IMG/VR virus record: IMGVR_UViG_3300050821_012144
DNA length: 64,000 nt
Source: an uncultured virus (IMG/VR IMGVR_UViG_3300050821_012144)
Taxonomy: Duplodnaviria; Heunggongvirae; Uroviricota; Caudoviricetes
Strand: one strand, 5' to 3'
In this document: one piece after another, positions 18,966 through 28,748 of the stretch
How the letters are laid out: the number at the start of each line of letters is the position of its first letter
Position numbering within the stretch: the stretch's first letter is position 1
The notes under the pieces: generated by a model
The model's input: the letters and a program-made list of their open reading frames with translations, nothing else
Told to the model about the DNA's origin: nothing
The model's database searches: none
Program-made: the position numbers and the translations under genes

Positions 18966-19211
18966 ATGCCGATCACAAAAAATTCTACCCTCAACGAAAT
19001 TGTCGGAGTGAAGGCTCTACTGGGCAATCCGACCATTCTAGTAATCATGGGTGCGAACAACGTCACGTGTCGAATTGTTGGCCTAGCATCTGCCTCAGCA
19101 GAGGCCGAGGATCTCGCTACTGCGCTAGCTGACGCCTTTGATGCCTATCGTAAGACCTACGAAGTTCTGGTTGGTATGGGTGCGGTTATCAACCCTTCGG
19201 CTAAGGTATAG
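18966..19211 (+). CDS. Hypothetical protein
   Basis: ORF; ATG start chosen over the upstream TTG. Confidence 0.45.
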   Translation: MPITKNSTLNEIVGVKALLGNPTILVIMGANNVTCRIVGLASASAEAEDLATALADAFDAYRKTYEVLVGMGAVINPSAKV

Positions 19212-19216
19212 CACGA

Positions 19217-19594
19217 ATGGCGGTATATTGCGGGGTATGCGGTGAACGCCTAGAAGGCGCGTGGGAGAATGGCGGATCCTTCAAGGTGTCCAGCAAATTT
19301 AGTAACGGTTGGTTGACCGACGAGAAAACAGGTAAACCTGTAATCCGTGAAACCTGTGAGAGTTGTGTAGTTACTCTTTCAGATGCTATAGCCAAAGCCG
19401 CTACGACCATAGCCAACAAACATAGATCACGTATAGCTAGCCTGAAGGCTGAGGTCGTTGCTGGCCGTGAACGGCAAGCACAACAGGCCAAAGAAAGAGC
19501 AGAATTTGAGGCCGAGTGGGCTAGCCGCCCATTACATACTGCAAAATGTAATAGTACTCCAGGTACCGGCTGTATATGCGGCGCAGGTCGGTAG
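19217..19594 (+). CDS. Zn-ribbon-like hypothetical protein
   Basis: CGVC and CESC pairs, coiled coil. Confidence 0.55.
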   Translation: MAVYCGVCGERLEGAWENGGSFKVSSKFSNGWLTDEKTGKPVIRETCESCVVTLSDAIAKAATTIANKHRSRIASLKAEVVAGRERQAQQAKERAEFEAEWASRPLHTAKCNSTPGTGCICGAGR

Positions 19595-19595
19595 C

Positions 19596-19611
19596 GATCT
19601 GTGTAGCGATC
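19596..19611. promoter_or_regulatory. Degenerate palindrome GATCTG-TGTA-GCGATC
   Basis: Two mismatches; 2 nt before TGtTAAAAT. Confidence 0.6.
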
Positions 19612-19628
19612 TATGTTAAAATTAACGG

Positions 19629-19868
19629 ATGGCTGATCGATTTGTAGTAACGGGCCCTGCTGGATTTCCTCGGGCCTACCATACTAAATTCCCGGACGCG
19701 TTAAAGGCGGTTCAGAAATGTTCCGCTAAGCACCCTAACGCTATCTGCACGATTAGCCGAGGTCTACCAGGTCTACAGCGGCCGGTAATGGAATGTGCCA
19801 GGTCCGAATGCTACACGGTTGAAGGCGGGATGGGTAGACGGCGTAAGCGTAGCCGTAAGCGACGTTAA
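19629..19868 (+). CDS. Small Cys-containing protein ending GGMG-RRRKRSRKRR
   Basis: Leaderless-type promoter; tag plus Arg tail. Confidence 0.7.
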   Translation: MADRFVVTGPAGFPRAYHTKFPDALKAVQKCSAKHPNAICTISRGLPGLQRPVMECARSECYTVEGGMGRRRKRSRKRR

Positions 19869-19971
19869 TTTTTCGCGTTGTGGCGAAAGTGATCCCTAGC
19901 CATAAGAAATGTATACGCTAAGTCAGGTCTCTGTGGCAACTGTCAGAGGTTCGTGAGATAACCTCCAGCCA

Positions 19972-22311
19972 ATGACAAAGCCACAATCTGTCTACTTCAA
20001 GATCGACCGGAACCTCTACCTGATAAAGCAGGACATCGAAAAGAAATCCGCGATCACTGCGCGGCCAGCATCGACAAATTTCTGTGTAATTCTAGACGTT
20101 TCCGGATCGATGTCTAACGACCTGCCCAAAATCAAGAGCCAGTTGAAGCTCAAGCTTCCGACGCTATTGAAAGAGGGCGACACGCTCTCGATGATCTGGT
20201 TCAGCGGCAAGAACGAATTCGGAGTTATCTTCGAGGGCGAGCACGTTGCCACACTGAAGGACCTGAACAAGGTAAATACTGCCATCGATCGTTGGCTGCG
20301 TCCGGTTGGAATGACGGGATTCAAGGAGCCGATCGAGGAAGTTCAAAAACTAATTACCAGGATCGGGAAGTCGAACAAGAATCCTTTCGCGCTGTATTTC
20401 ATGTCCGATGGGCATGATAATCAGAGCAACCGTGATGAAATCATCGAGGCGGTCAACGATCTAGCACCGAGTTTGGCTTCAGCAACGTTTGTTGAGTATG
20501 GCTACTATGCTGACCGCAGGTTATTGGCCTCTATGGCGGAGAAGGCAGGCGGGACATTGATCTTTGCTGAAGCGTTTGACAAGTACGAGCCTGTGTTCGA
20601 GGCCGCGTTATCGAAGAGACCGTTAGGGTGTAAACGTGTAGACGTCGCCGTAGATGCACCAATAGACGGCTTTGCTTGGACGCTTGCCGATAATGAACTG
20701 ACGACATTTGATGCTACTGATGGCACAGCAAGCGTTCCTGAGGGGACTGAAACTATCTACTACTTGTCCAAGGAGCCAAATGGCGCTGAAGGCTTGATGT
20801 TGAGCCAGCAGGCAGGTAACTATGCTAACGGCGTGGCCGATTCTGGGGCTTATTTTGGAGTTCCCCAGGCCTACGCTGCACTCTCTTTGTTCGCTGTCCG
20901 CATGAAGCCTGATATCGTATTGCCTATTCTGAAGGCGTTAGGCGATGTCCGCTTCATTACTGCCTTCTCGACCTGCTTTGGCAAGCAACGGTATAGCGAG
21001 TTCATGGATGCTGCCAAGACTGCTGCATTCGATACTAAGAAACGGTTTGTCAGTGGACGGAATCCTGAGCTTGTTCCTGCCGATGACGCATTCACTGTGC
21101 TTGATTTGCTCAAGCTGATTTCGAATGATCAGGCAACGCATTTGCTCATGGACCATCCCGAGTTCAAATATTCTCGTATCAGTCGAGGGCGTGTCGACGG
21201 CAACGAAGACACTTTATCTGATGCTGAGCAGTATAAAGTCGATGAAATTCAAGCCAAGATGGCGGGCGAGAAGTCCGTCAAGAAGTTGAAGGCCTACCAG
21301 GCTGAGATTACAGCGATTATTGAAGCGCGTAAGATCGCGCTTAAATTTGTTCCAGATCCTACGCCGAACGGCTATTCAGTGTCTAATCTAACCTATAACG
21401 AGGACCGTCCAAATATCAGTGTCCTGATCAAGAAGACGGGAACTGTTGATCTTAGCCCACGATCCAAGGAGCTGCCTAAGGGCGTGCCGACTATATTCCC
21501 TACCAATATCTGGCGCAACTACAGTATTGTTCGGGATGGCTTAGTGAACGTTGATAAGCTTCCTGCTGTTATCTCGTCGAAAATGTTTGAGGATCTCACA
21601 AGTAATAACGTTCCTATGAAGCTGATCAGCGATGAGGGCAGCAGTAAGGCCGTCGTTATTGATGTCAAGGCATTGCCGATCTTGAATCGTAGAATGGTCA
21701 AGAGCGTGTCAGCCAAAGAGACGATTGAACTGGCGTATGCATTGACAAAGGCACGCGCTGCACAGAAAGTGTACAACTTCTATTCGAACACGAAGTTCTC
21801 TCGTGAAGGCGGGCAGAAGTTAACGGGCCAATACGGTGCCGATGCTGCGGAATGGTTGTCCGAACAAGGCATCACCGACGGCGGTTTCTCACCGAAGAAT
21901 CAGGTAGCCGCGCCCGTGGCAGATCGATACACGGGGAAGGAGCTAGCCGTGAAGCTAAAGGGCTTGAGCACGTTGAAGACCGTAAACGATGTAAAGGACA
22001 AACTAGCTAAAGGCAAAGCCCTTACAGGTTGTGATGCCATGATGGGTGCAGTGATCGTCGAGGTCGAAGCTTTTCTAGCGAAGAATCCTGCCAACGTCCA
22101 TGAGAAGTGGCTAGAGGGTAAAGTCGAGGCAGCCAAGGCTGCTGTACGCGGGCTCATTCATCAATTGGCGGTCCAAAAGTTCGGAGTAATCGTCGGACAA
22201 AACTGGTTCAGCGAATTTTCTTCTCTAGACGAGACGACGCTGGTTGTTGACATTGACGGACTGAAGATCGAAGGCAAGTTTGAGATGCGGGAGATCCAGA
22301 TCGAAATCTAG
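19972..22311 (+). CDS. vWA (MIDAS) domain protein
   Basis: ILDVSGSMS (DxSxS), GMT, FMSDG; long C-terminal region of unknown function. Confidence 0.8.
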   Translation: MTKPQSVYFKIDRNLYLIKQDIEKKSAITARPASTNFCVILDVSGSMSNDLPKIKSQLKLKLPTLLKEGDTLSMIWFSGKNEFGVIFEGEHVATLKDLNKVNTAIDRWLRPVGMTGFKEPIEEVQKLITRIGKSNKNPFALYFMSDGHDNQSNRDEIIEAVNDLAPSLASATFVEYGYYADRRLLASMAEKAGGTLIFAEAFDKYEPVFEAALSKRPLGCKRVDVAVDAPIDGFAWTLADNELTTFDATDGTASVPEGTETIYYLSKEPNGAEGLMLSQQAGNYANGVADSGAYFGVPQAYAALSLFAVRMKPDIVLPILKALGDVRFITAFSTCFGKQRYSEFMDAAKTAAFDTKKRFVSGRNPELVPADDAFTVLDLLKLISNDQATHLLMDHPEFKYSRISRGRVDGNEDTLSDAEQYKVDEIQAKMAGEKSVKKLKAYQAEITAIIEARKIALKFVPDPTPNGYSVSNLTYNEDRPNISVLIKKTGTVDLSPRSKELPKGVPTIFPTNIWRNYSIVRDGLVNVDKLPAVISSKMFEDLTSNNVPMKLISDEGSSKAVVIDVKALPILNRRMVKSVSAKETIELAYALTKARAAQKVYNFYSNTKFSREGGQKLTGQYGADAAEWLSEQGITDGGFSPKNQVAAPVADRYTGKELAVKLKGLSTLKTVNDVKDKLAKGKALTGCDAMMGAVIVEVEAFLAKNPANVHEKWLEGKVEAAKAAVRGLIHQLAVQKFGVIVGQNWFSEFSSLDETTLVVDIDGLKIEGKFEMREIQIEI

Positions 22312-22643
22312 CCTTTAAGCACGGCTTCAATATTAGCCGCTTGCTGTCGATAATTAGCCAATGCTGAGTAAGCGTTGGCTTGTTTGGTTTGTTCGGCAAG
22401 CATAGCCGTCCGTAATTGCTGAAGTTTGGCCAGTAGATTTTGGTCTTGGCCGAACGTTGCTGATACGATTTGAGGGTCGGCTAGTTGACCGCTACCGGAA
22501 CAGTGATGTTCTGGTGTGGTTCTTACTGTTGGGTCAAAGGTACTAAAAGACCTGTCACAGACAGCACAAATTATCACGTATGATACGGGCTGGGTCTTGG
22601 TCTGTGTCTGTATAGTCTTACGTCTACGTGGCATACGCTGCAT
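22308..22643 (-). CDS. Basic Zn-finger plus coiled-coil protein with TFG motif
   Basis: TATACT 7 nt before ATG 22643; CAVC...HHC. Confidence 0.55.
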   Translation of the reverse strand: MQRMPRRRKTIQTQTKTQPVSYVIICAVCDRSFSTFDPTVRTTPEHHCSGSGQLADPQIVSATFGQDQNLLAKLQQLRTAMLAEQTKQANAYSALANYRQQAANIEAVLKG

Positions 22644-22690
22644 ACCGTCGAGTATAGCGCTTGACATGCCGCCTATGACAAGGGAACATC

Positions 22691-22969
22691 GTGCCCGTGT
22701 CGGAGCCAGAAAAACATTTAGCAATATTAGTGGAAGTCAGAGAGACTGAGGTCGAGACGGACGCCGATTTTTTAGGGCGGGAAATTGACCGGGTGTCTAC
22801 CCTTTTGGAACTTACTGCCAGCCAATTACGTGCTGCTAAGACCAGGCAAGACTATCAAGAGATAGAAAGACTGCTTAAACCCTACGATGCTAATCTAGCC
22901 ACTGAAGCGCAAGTAATCACGCTTAAGAAGCGGTGGCTCACTGATCTAGTTAAACTATTGAATCGCTGA
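22691..22969 (+). CDS. Hypothetical helical protein
   Basis: 92 aa ORF filling the gap. Confidence 0.45.
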   Translation: MPVSEPEKHLAILVEVRETEVETDADFLGREIDRVSTLLELTASQLRAAKTRQDYQEIERLLKPYDANLATEAQVITLKKRWLTDLVKLLNR

Positions 22970-22998
22970 AGCGAATCTAAACTGCTATAGTTAGCGAC

Positions 22999-23220
22999 AT
23001 GAGATTACTGGATAATCACAATGCCCTGGGGGTACTGATTCTGATTCTTGCTAGTGTTCTTACATATCTAGGTAAGATTTCAGGGACTGAATGGGCGTCA
23101 ACAGTAGCCATAATATTTGGAACCTTGGTTAGTGGCAATGCAGTGATGCATACAGCAACACAAATAACGGGGCGATCTGCTATTCAGCCTGTGGATAAGA
23201 GCGTGCCCAAGCCCAGCTAA
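22999..23220 (+). CDS. Small two-TM membrane protein, holin-like size
   Basis: Two hydrophobic helices; TGcTATAGT 7 nt before ATG. Confidence 0.6.
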   Translation: MRLLDNHNALGVLILILASVLTYLGKISGTEWASTVAIIFGTLVSGNAVMHTATQITGRSAIQPVDKSVPKPS

Positions 23221-23260
23221 TACTGCATTTGACCTCGATTTTGTTGTACAATTAGTCGAG

Positions 23261-23965
23261 ATGCCTACGTCAATCCTGAAGAACATTGTCAGGTTCACAG
23301 GCCTCCTAGTGGGAGTACCAGTAGCCCTTCCACATCTATTGAACGTGAAGGGCGCTCCGGTTACACCGAATATTACACTGCCAAACAATGGTGGATTTAC
23401 TATCGCGGTCTCTCCAACTAATGTGACCGTTACAAGAGGAACTGGGCCCGGTAATGTCGATGTATACGTAGAATTTTGGCACACGATCGATGCTGTTACG
23501 CCGCCTGGTGCATTGACTGGGTTGCTCCCTTTCATTCTTAGTAGCAGTGCAGGAAGCGTAAATCCTGCGATTTTACAAAGTACTAATGCTAATGGAAGTT
23601 CAATTACTATTTGTCAAGCTGTATACCAAACAGCTGTAGCTGATAATGTAAATTTAGCTCGGGCGAACGCTGCGAGCACGGCCCAGGTTTTTGGGCTTGT
23701 AGCCCAACCTTCGATTGCTTCTGGTGCTTCAGGATCTATCCTAACTGCAGGGCCTTTGGTAGCTACGACAGCGCAGTGGGATGCTGTCGTGACAGGCGAA
23801 GTTGGCGGACTAACACCCGGGGCCCAGTATTGGCTTGATCCGACGACTGCTGGAAATTTAACAGCTACAGCGCCTACAACACCAGGTCAATTTGATACTT
23901 ATGTTGGGCAGGCTAAGAACCCAACGACACTATTGATTGACATCGCGCAGGCTATAGGCGCATAA
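23261..23965 (+). CDS. Adaptor-domain structural protein with a cement/decoration-like C-terminal domain
   Basis: Shared adaptor; QAVY...LARA...GLTPGAQYWL...AGNLTATAP...VGQA. Confidence 0.65.
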   Translation: MPTSILKNIVRFTGLLVGVPVALPHLLNVKGAPVTPNITLPNNGGFTIAVSPTNVTVTRGTGPGNVDVYVEFWHTIDAVTPPGALTGLLPFILSSSAGSVNPAILQSTNANGSSITICQAVYQTAVADNVNLARANAASTAQVFGLVAQPSIASGASGSILTAGPLVATTAQWDAVVTGEVGGLTPGAQYWLDPTTAGNLTATAPTTPGQFDTYVGQAKNPTTLLIDIAQAIGA

Positions 23966-23977
23966 AGGACAGATAAC

Positions 23978-25276
23978 ATGCGTCCACAGACCTATATTTC
24001 TGGAATTTCATCTGCATTGATAGTAGCAGCGATTTGCTTAGTTGGGATGTGCTGGCTAACGACCAAGTCATGTACGTCTGAATATAGTACTACTGAAAAT
24101 AGTACGTTAGCAACGCACTCACCTGCTGTAATTGTCAGTGGGCGCGTCGAGAGTATGCCCACTGGCGATACACTTAACGTTAACGGTCCACTTAGTGCTA
24201 CAAGTACTATTACAGCTACTGCTGGACAAAGTGAGTTAGGTAACCTAAATCTAGGTGTTCTGACACCGGCTGCCATTACAGGTACAGTAAACGATTGGAG
24301 TCCAGTCAACTGGACAAATGCAACCACAACTGTAATCGAAGTATCTCTTTCTGGGGCGACTACACTTAACAGTCTAGTAGCCTTGAATGCGGGATCTACA
24401 GTGACGCTGTGCAATATGAGCGCAACGTTTGATTTAACTATCCCAGATGCTGCAACGGCTAGTGGTGGTACGGCGGCTAATCAATTTGAAAACCAAGGTG
24501 GGTTGATTAAGCTATCTCATCATGCTGGGCCCGAACCAGAATGTGCTAACTATATATATGATAACACTCTCACAAAGTGGATGGGCACGAGCACGACCGC
24601 GAGCACGATTCACAACCTAACGATTTCATCTGGACTCAGTGTACAGTCGAGTGGAGCTACTATCTCAGGTGGTACACAGCTATTGCTATCTACTGCTGGT
24701 TTCACCGCTAATGAGACCGATGCCAACGTAAACAATTCTTCGACCTTCGATACGACCGCCGGCCCATTAACGTCTATTGGAATCGCGTGCACTAATACTT
24801 CTAGCCGTTCGGCTGGAGCTAACAACCTTACAGATATATGTGGTCAGTTCAATGCCTCCGGTGGACAGGTCAATCAAGCGCTTCTGACACTTGCAGGCGA
24901 TGTCGTGTTGAATCAGACATCAGGCGGCGCCTTTCTTGAGGGCGGATCGACATTTAGTGGTGGCCGAACAGTGCTTTCAACCGGTGCAGCACGCATAGCT
25001 GACACTGCGCCGGCTGCAGGATTAGGCGGTAACTGTACCTCAGGCGGCGGTTCATCGATTACTGCTGGAGAAGCTAAATTCACAGTTACAGTCGGAGCAT
25101 CTTCGACTGCATGTACAATTACGTTCGCTACTGCTCTAACATCAACTACACCGACATGCACAGTGTCACCACGAAACGGGACAAATCCGGGTTACTCGCT
25201 CAGCACGAACGTATCGATTACCCTTACGGCCGTGTCCGCTGGAGCTGTCTACGATATCGATTGTACGGATCACTAA
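23978..25276 (+). CDS. Thr/Ser/Gly-rich beta-structured spike-like protein with N-terminal TM
   Basis: LTPAAITGTVNDWSP...AANQF module shared with 39729-42674. Confidence 0.65.
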   Translation: MRPQTYISGISSALIVAAICLVGMCWLTTKSCTSEYSTTENSTLATHSPAVIVSGRVESMPTGDTLNVNGPLSATSTITATAGQSELGNLNLGVLTPAAITGTVNDWSPVNWTNATTTVIEVSLSGATTLNSLVALNAGSTVTLCNMSATFDLTIPDAATASGGTAANQFENQGGLIKLSHHAGPEPECANYIYDNTLTKWMGTSTTASTIHNLTISSGLSVQSSGATISGGTQLLLSTAGFTANETDANVNNSSTFDTTAGPLTSIGIACTNTSSRSAGANNLTDICGQFNASGGQVNQALLTLAGDVVLNQTSGGAFLEGGSTFSGGRTVLSTGAARIADTAPAAGLGGNCTSGGGSSITAGEAKFTVTVGASSTACTITFATALTSTTPTCTVSPRNGTNPGYSLSTNVSITLTAVSAGAVYDIDCTDH

Positions 25277-25549
25277 ATGAGGAAAACGGTCGTCGAGGTC
25301 CGTCAAATGACAGAACCTTGTGACCTGACATTTGGAGCAGAAGGTCTAGGTTATACAGACACCGACGAAGCATGTGAATTATTAGTTAGTCTTGCATCTC
25401 ACACTAGTTCAATAGTTCGTGAGGGCGCGATTTACGGGCTGTCGCGACATTTGAAGCGAGAATCTGCACGAAATACGCTTCAGCTATTAGCTACCACAGA
25501 CGTATCGATAACGATTCGTGAATGCGCCCTGGAAGTACTTGAAATCTAA
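25277..25549 (+). CDS. Small HEAT-repeat-like protein
   Basis: SIVREGAIYGL and ITIRECALEVL helices. Confidence 0.5.
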   Translation: MRKTVVEVRQMTEPCDLTFGAEGLGYTDTDEACELLVSLASHTSSIVREGAIYGLSRHLKRESARNTLQLLATTDVSITIRECALEVLEI

Positions 25550-27402
25550 TCTTCGTCGTTATCATCAACGTCCGCTTCAGCACTCCCTCGCATCTTGATG
25601 CCGCCAACGATTGCGCGAATCTTTCGATAACCGTCAGCAGTTCTGGCTATATTCATAGTTAGTGCTGCAGCGAAGCTTTCATCGTGGTACGACAATCCGT
25701 CTACAGCATGCGTTGACTCGTGTACAGCCGCTGCGTAGAGCCACTTTAGATCAGCGTCCGTAGTCGGGTGCCAGATGCCCCCGTCTCGCATGTTTGTAAA
25801 CGGGTTAAGCATTATCCAGTGCTCTGTGTCACCGTTGCTATTAGCTTCAGTCACACAGGCTGCGGCAGTAGTCTCGCTGAATATCCAGCCTACACCAAAA
25901 TGCTGTTCGGAGCCCAATTGCATAAATACGTAACGCACAAGCTCAACCCACGTCTTGGCTAGCTTCAGGACACGCGGTGTCATCGTGGCAGGAAAGAATT
26001 TCTTGGGCACTCGAAAACCTTCGATTTCATTGATGATAAAGAAATCAGGCTCCCATACAAGCTGCTTTAGCGCTGCTTCAATGTGGCTTGGGCCTGTAAA
26101 TTTCTGGTCGAGTAGAACTTCGGTAGTTACCGACGATGGTAGCTGTGTAGCGCGTCCGGCCTCAGTATCGCGTTCGCGGTAGCCGTCAATGACTTCTACC
26201 AGTTGTTGGCTATCTGCCTCAGATAATTTCTTGAAATCCTGTGTGGGACCGATTTGCTCTAGCAAGCCAGCTGCAAGTTTCTTTGCCCGGAACTTGCCTG
26301 AGCCCTCGAACTTTTGCCTAATTAAGCCGGCCTTAGACCGCAGAGCGCTCATGTTGTCTTTGGCAATGCGCATACCTAAGCGGTCAAGAGCATTCTTGAC
26401 AGAATAGTCTCGAAAGCCGTCTCTATTGGCTGTGAGTATGTCTATAGATGGCGCAGTGAGTTCAGCGACGATATATCCAGGTATCTCACCGACGTATTGC
26501 TCGAACATGAATAGGCCCTTGGTTCGGACAAACAGATACGGCTGTTTGCCCTTACCAGGAGTGAAGTACACGTCGATCTTACCAGTCACAGAATCGACTA
26601 TATCTTTGCCTCTTAGATTAGCCTTCTGACGGTTGCCGTTGACAAGAAAATGGACGTCAGGAAGATCACATTTCTCGATGAAAGCGATTGCCTGATAAGC
26701 TTTGGTATACTTGTCAGCGGGCATGATGACTTCCAGCCGTGTGCCAGGCTTGTATTCAGCCTTTGAGACCGTATAGTCGATACCAGCCCCGTCAACTACT
26801 GTATCGCGCGTATGCACTCGCCATGAGATCCACGGGAGAAGTAGTAGTTCTTTAGCCTTACCGAACCCACCAGCGGCTCCAGACTCGGCTACCTTGGTAG
26901 TCGCTCCAAGGACCAGAAACTTGTTGAGTAGAACATCTTCGGTCATACCCCCGCCGTCATCGTCAACGACTACGGTATGGGTTTGATCGTCGTTCTCTCG
27001 TTCCTCGATGATGATATGTCTAGCGCCAGCGTCTACGCTATTTTGAATAGCCTCACGCCACCACTTGATAGGCCAGTCATGATAGTCCTTGAGAGCCGTT
27101 AAGAAAAATTCACGTCCGATGGTGATCGTTCGCCGTTGGTCGTCAGCTGCACCGAAGTTGTCCATGGCACGCTTGCTAGGTGCTGTTACGACGTGCAGGG
27201 TGACGACTTTATTGCCCTCGTCATCGTAGGACTCACCGACTATACGCGCGTCGTTGGCAGTCGCTAGAGCGATAGCAGGGAAGAAAGCGGCGCTACCGGA
27301 TACGACTATGTAGATGCCCGGAGGAGCTGTTACAACGTCATCGTATGTACGTAGAACGAGGGCTTCGACTTGGTCAGGTGAAGGGTTAGTCCCGAAGAAC
27401 AT
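25546..27402 (-). CDS. GHKL (HATPase_c) ATPase fused to a C-terminal HExxH zincin-like domain
   Basis: REAIQNSVDAGA, DDDGGGM, GGFGKAK, GT motifs; AVHESTH...HDESF; DNFG-AAD precedes the ATPase domain. Confidence 0.8.
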   Translation of the reverse strand: MFFGTNPSPDQVEALVLRTYDDVVTAPPGIYIVVSGSAAFFPAIALATANDARIVGESYDDEGNKVVTLHVVTAPSKRAMDNFGAADDQRRTITIGREFFLTALKDYHDWPIKWWREAIQNSVDAGARHIIIEERENDDQTHTVVVDDDGGGMTEDVLLNKFLVLGATTKVAESGAAGGFGKAKELLLLPWISWRVHTRDTVVDGAGIDYTVSKAEYKPGTRLEVIMPADKYTKAYQAIAFIEKCDLPDVHFLVNGNRQKANLRGKDIVDSVTGKIDVYFTPGKGKQPYLFVRTKGLFMFEQYVGEIPGYIVAELTAPSIDILTANRDGFRDYSVKNALDRLGMRIAKDNMSALRSKAGLIRQKFEGSGKFRAKKLAAGLLEQIGPTQDFKKLSEADSQQLVEVIDGYRERDTEAGRATQLPSSVTTEVLLDQKFTGPSHIEAALKQLVWEPDFFIINEIEGFRVPKKFFPATMTPRVLKLAKTWVELVRYVFMQLGSEQHFGVGWIFSETTAAACVTEANSNGDTEHWIMLNPFTNMRDGGIWHPTTDADLKWLYAAAVHESTHAVDGLSYHDESFAAALTMNIARTADGYRKIRAIVGGIKMRGSAEADVDDNDED

Positions 27403-27432
27403 ACCCTAAATATACCTTACTTTGTCAATAGT

Positions 27433-27858
27433 TCAGCGGCGTTTTGCATACTGACGTTGGAGCGCGTTGAACTTCTTCTGGAGCGCTTTCTCAAAGAGCT
27501 GTAGTTTGGGAACTGGATCAGATCCCCTAGAAACTTTTGTTAATAGTTCCCCCAGATCGTCATGAAATTTGTCTGTGAAGTTCATTACGGGCTCTATAGA
27601 TTGGTATATCTTATCCTGGTACTTACCCCAGTTTTTCGATACGACGTCATCGGCAAAGTAGCCCGCTTCATCGCCAATTTCTTTGATCAAGTAGGCGGCT
27701 TTAACGATCTGTTGAAAGACTTCACGCCATTTGGTATTCAGTTCTTGTATTGCATCAAGGGCAATATCAAGGGCGTTGTGAGCGGAATCGCACGTATCGT
27801 TGATGAGATCGGTTAGCTCCTTATCAGATAGATCTGCGTAGTCGGCGCCTAACGACAT
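27433..27858 (-). CDS. Helical hypothetical protein beginning MSLG-AD
   Basis: TGaTATACT 6 nt before ATG 27858. Confidence 0.65.
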   Translation of the reverse strand: MSLGADYADLSDKELTDLINDTCDSAHNALDIALDAIQELNTKWREVFQQIVKAAYLIKEIGDEAGYFADDVVSKNWGKYQDKIYQSIEPVMNFTDKFHDDLGELLTKVSRGSDPVPKLQLFEKALQKKFNALQRQYAKRR

Positions 27859-27870
27859 CACTGAAGTATA

Positions 27871-28527
27871 TCAGATCGCCTTCAATTTGGCGTGGAAATC
27901 TATGACAGTATTCCAGTAATTATTCATGTGTGTTGATTGAACCTCTTCAGCGCGTGTGCTGAGTTCAATCGGGATAGTGGGATTTACACTGATCTCGTAA
28001 TCACATTTAACGCCGTAGTGGTCGAGCTTGTTCATCTCACGCCAGGCCTTAGCCAAGTACAGAAACGTCTCAGCGACGATAAATCTACGGTGCGTAGGAT
28101 CTTGAAACGCTCTGTTGTTTCGTGCAGCCGGTACAATCACCGTCAAGAATCCACCAGGAACGAGGATTCGATGGCACTCATCGAAGAACTTGAATAGGGC
28201 GTCGACACCGTCGCCGGGTCGTGTTGGATTGCCGTTCTTATCGACATACTCCATTGGAATATGTTCTACGTAGTGACTGCAATGCAGCTCGAAAACAGAA
28301 TTGTCCTCGAATGGCCACGGATACTTCATCAGGTCGACAACGTGCTGGGCTTTGGGCCAGATATCGACACCCTCGAAGCCTTCACGTGGACTTTGGCCAC
28401 ATGCAAGGTCTAGCTTGCGTGTTACGTCGGGGGCTGCCATGGGTAGAGGTGTTGTCACAGCTTCGACAACGGCCTTACGCGTCTTGGCGCTTATTTGTTT
28501 GGGTGCGATCGTCTTTTTCTTTGTCAT
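27871..28527 (-). CDS. Class I SAM-dependent methyltransferase
   Basis: LDLACG, GVDI, WPFEDNSV, SHYVEHI, RILVPGG, FQDPTH. Confidence 0.85.
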   Translation of the reverse strand: MTKKKTIAPKQISAKTRKAVVEAVTTPLPMAAPDVTRKLDLACGQSPREGFEGVDIWPKAQHVVDLMKYPWPFEDNSVFELHCSHYVEHIPMEYVDKNGNPTRPGDGVDALFKFFDECHRILVPGGFLTVIVPAARNNRAFQDPTHRRFIVAETFLYLAKAWREMNKLDHYGVKCDYEISVNPTIPIELSTRAEEVQSTHMNNYWNTVIDFHAKLKAI

Positions 28528-28748
28528 TTTTGACTCTTCCTCATCCGTTTATATACCCTACGCGCTTTAGCTAAGTTCCTTTGTACTGCTGCCAAAGCTT
28601 TGTCTGTTTTAGGCTTTTTTCGTAACCTCAACAAACACTCACGTTGCGCCATTGTCCATTTAGTAATTTGATCTCGATTCGGGCCTTTAGACCAGTGCAT
28701 ATTTAGTATATTACGCCCGAAACGAGGTCCATATGTCCAACGCGGCAA
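28524..28748 (-). CDS. Small basic hypothetical protein
   Basis: Between the GT and MTase genes; stop overlaps the MTase start. Confidence 0.35.
   Translation of the reverse strand: MPRWTYGPRFGRNILNMHWSKGPNRDQITKWTMAQRECLLRLRKKPKTDKALAAVQRNLAKARRVYKRMRKSQK

Noticed and set aside
22961..22976. AATCGC-TGAA-GCGAAT as another palindrome copy
   Set aside because: Three mismatches and off-phase spacing (6 nt); too weak to count
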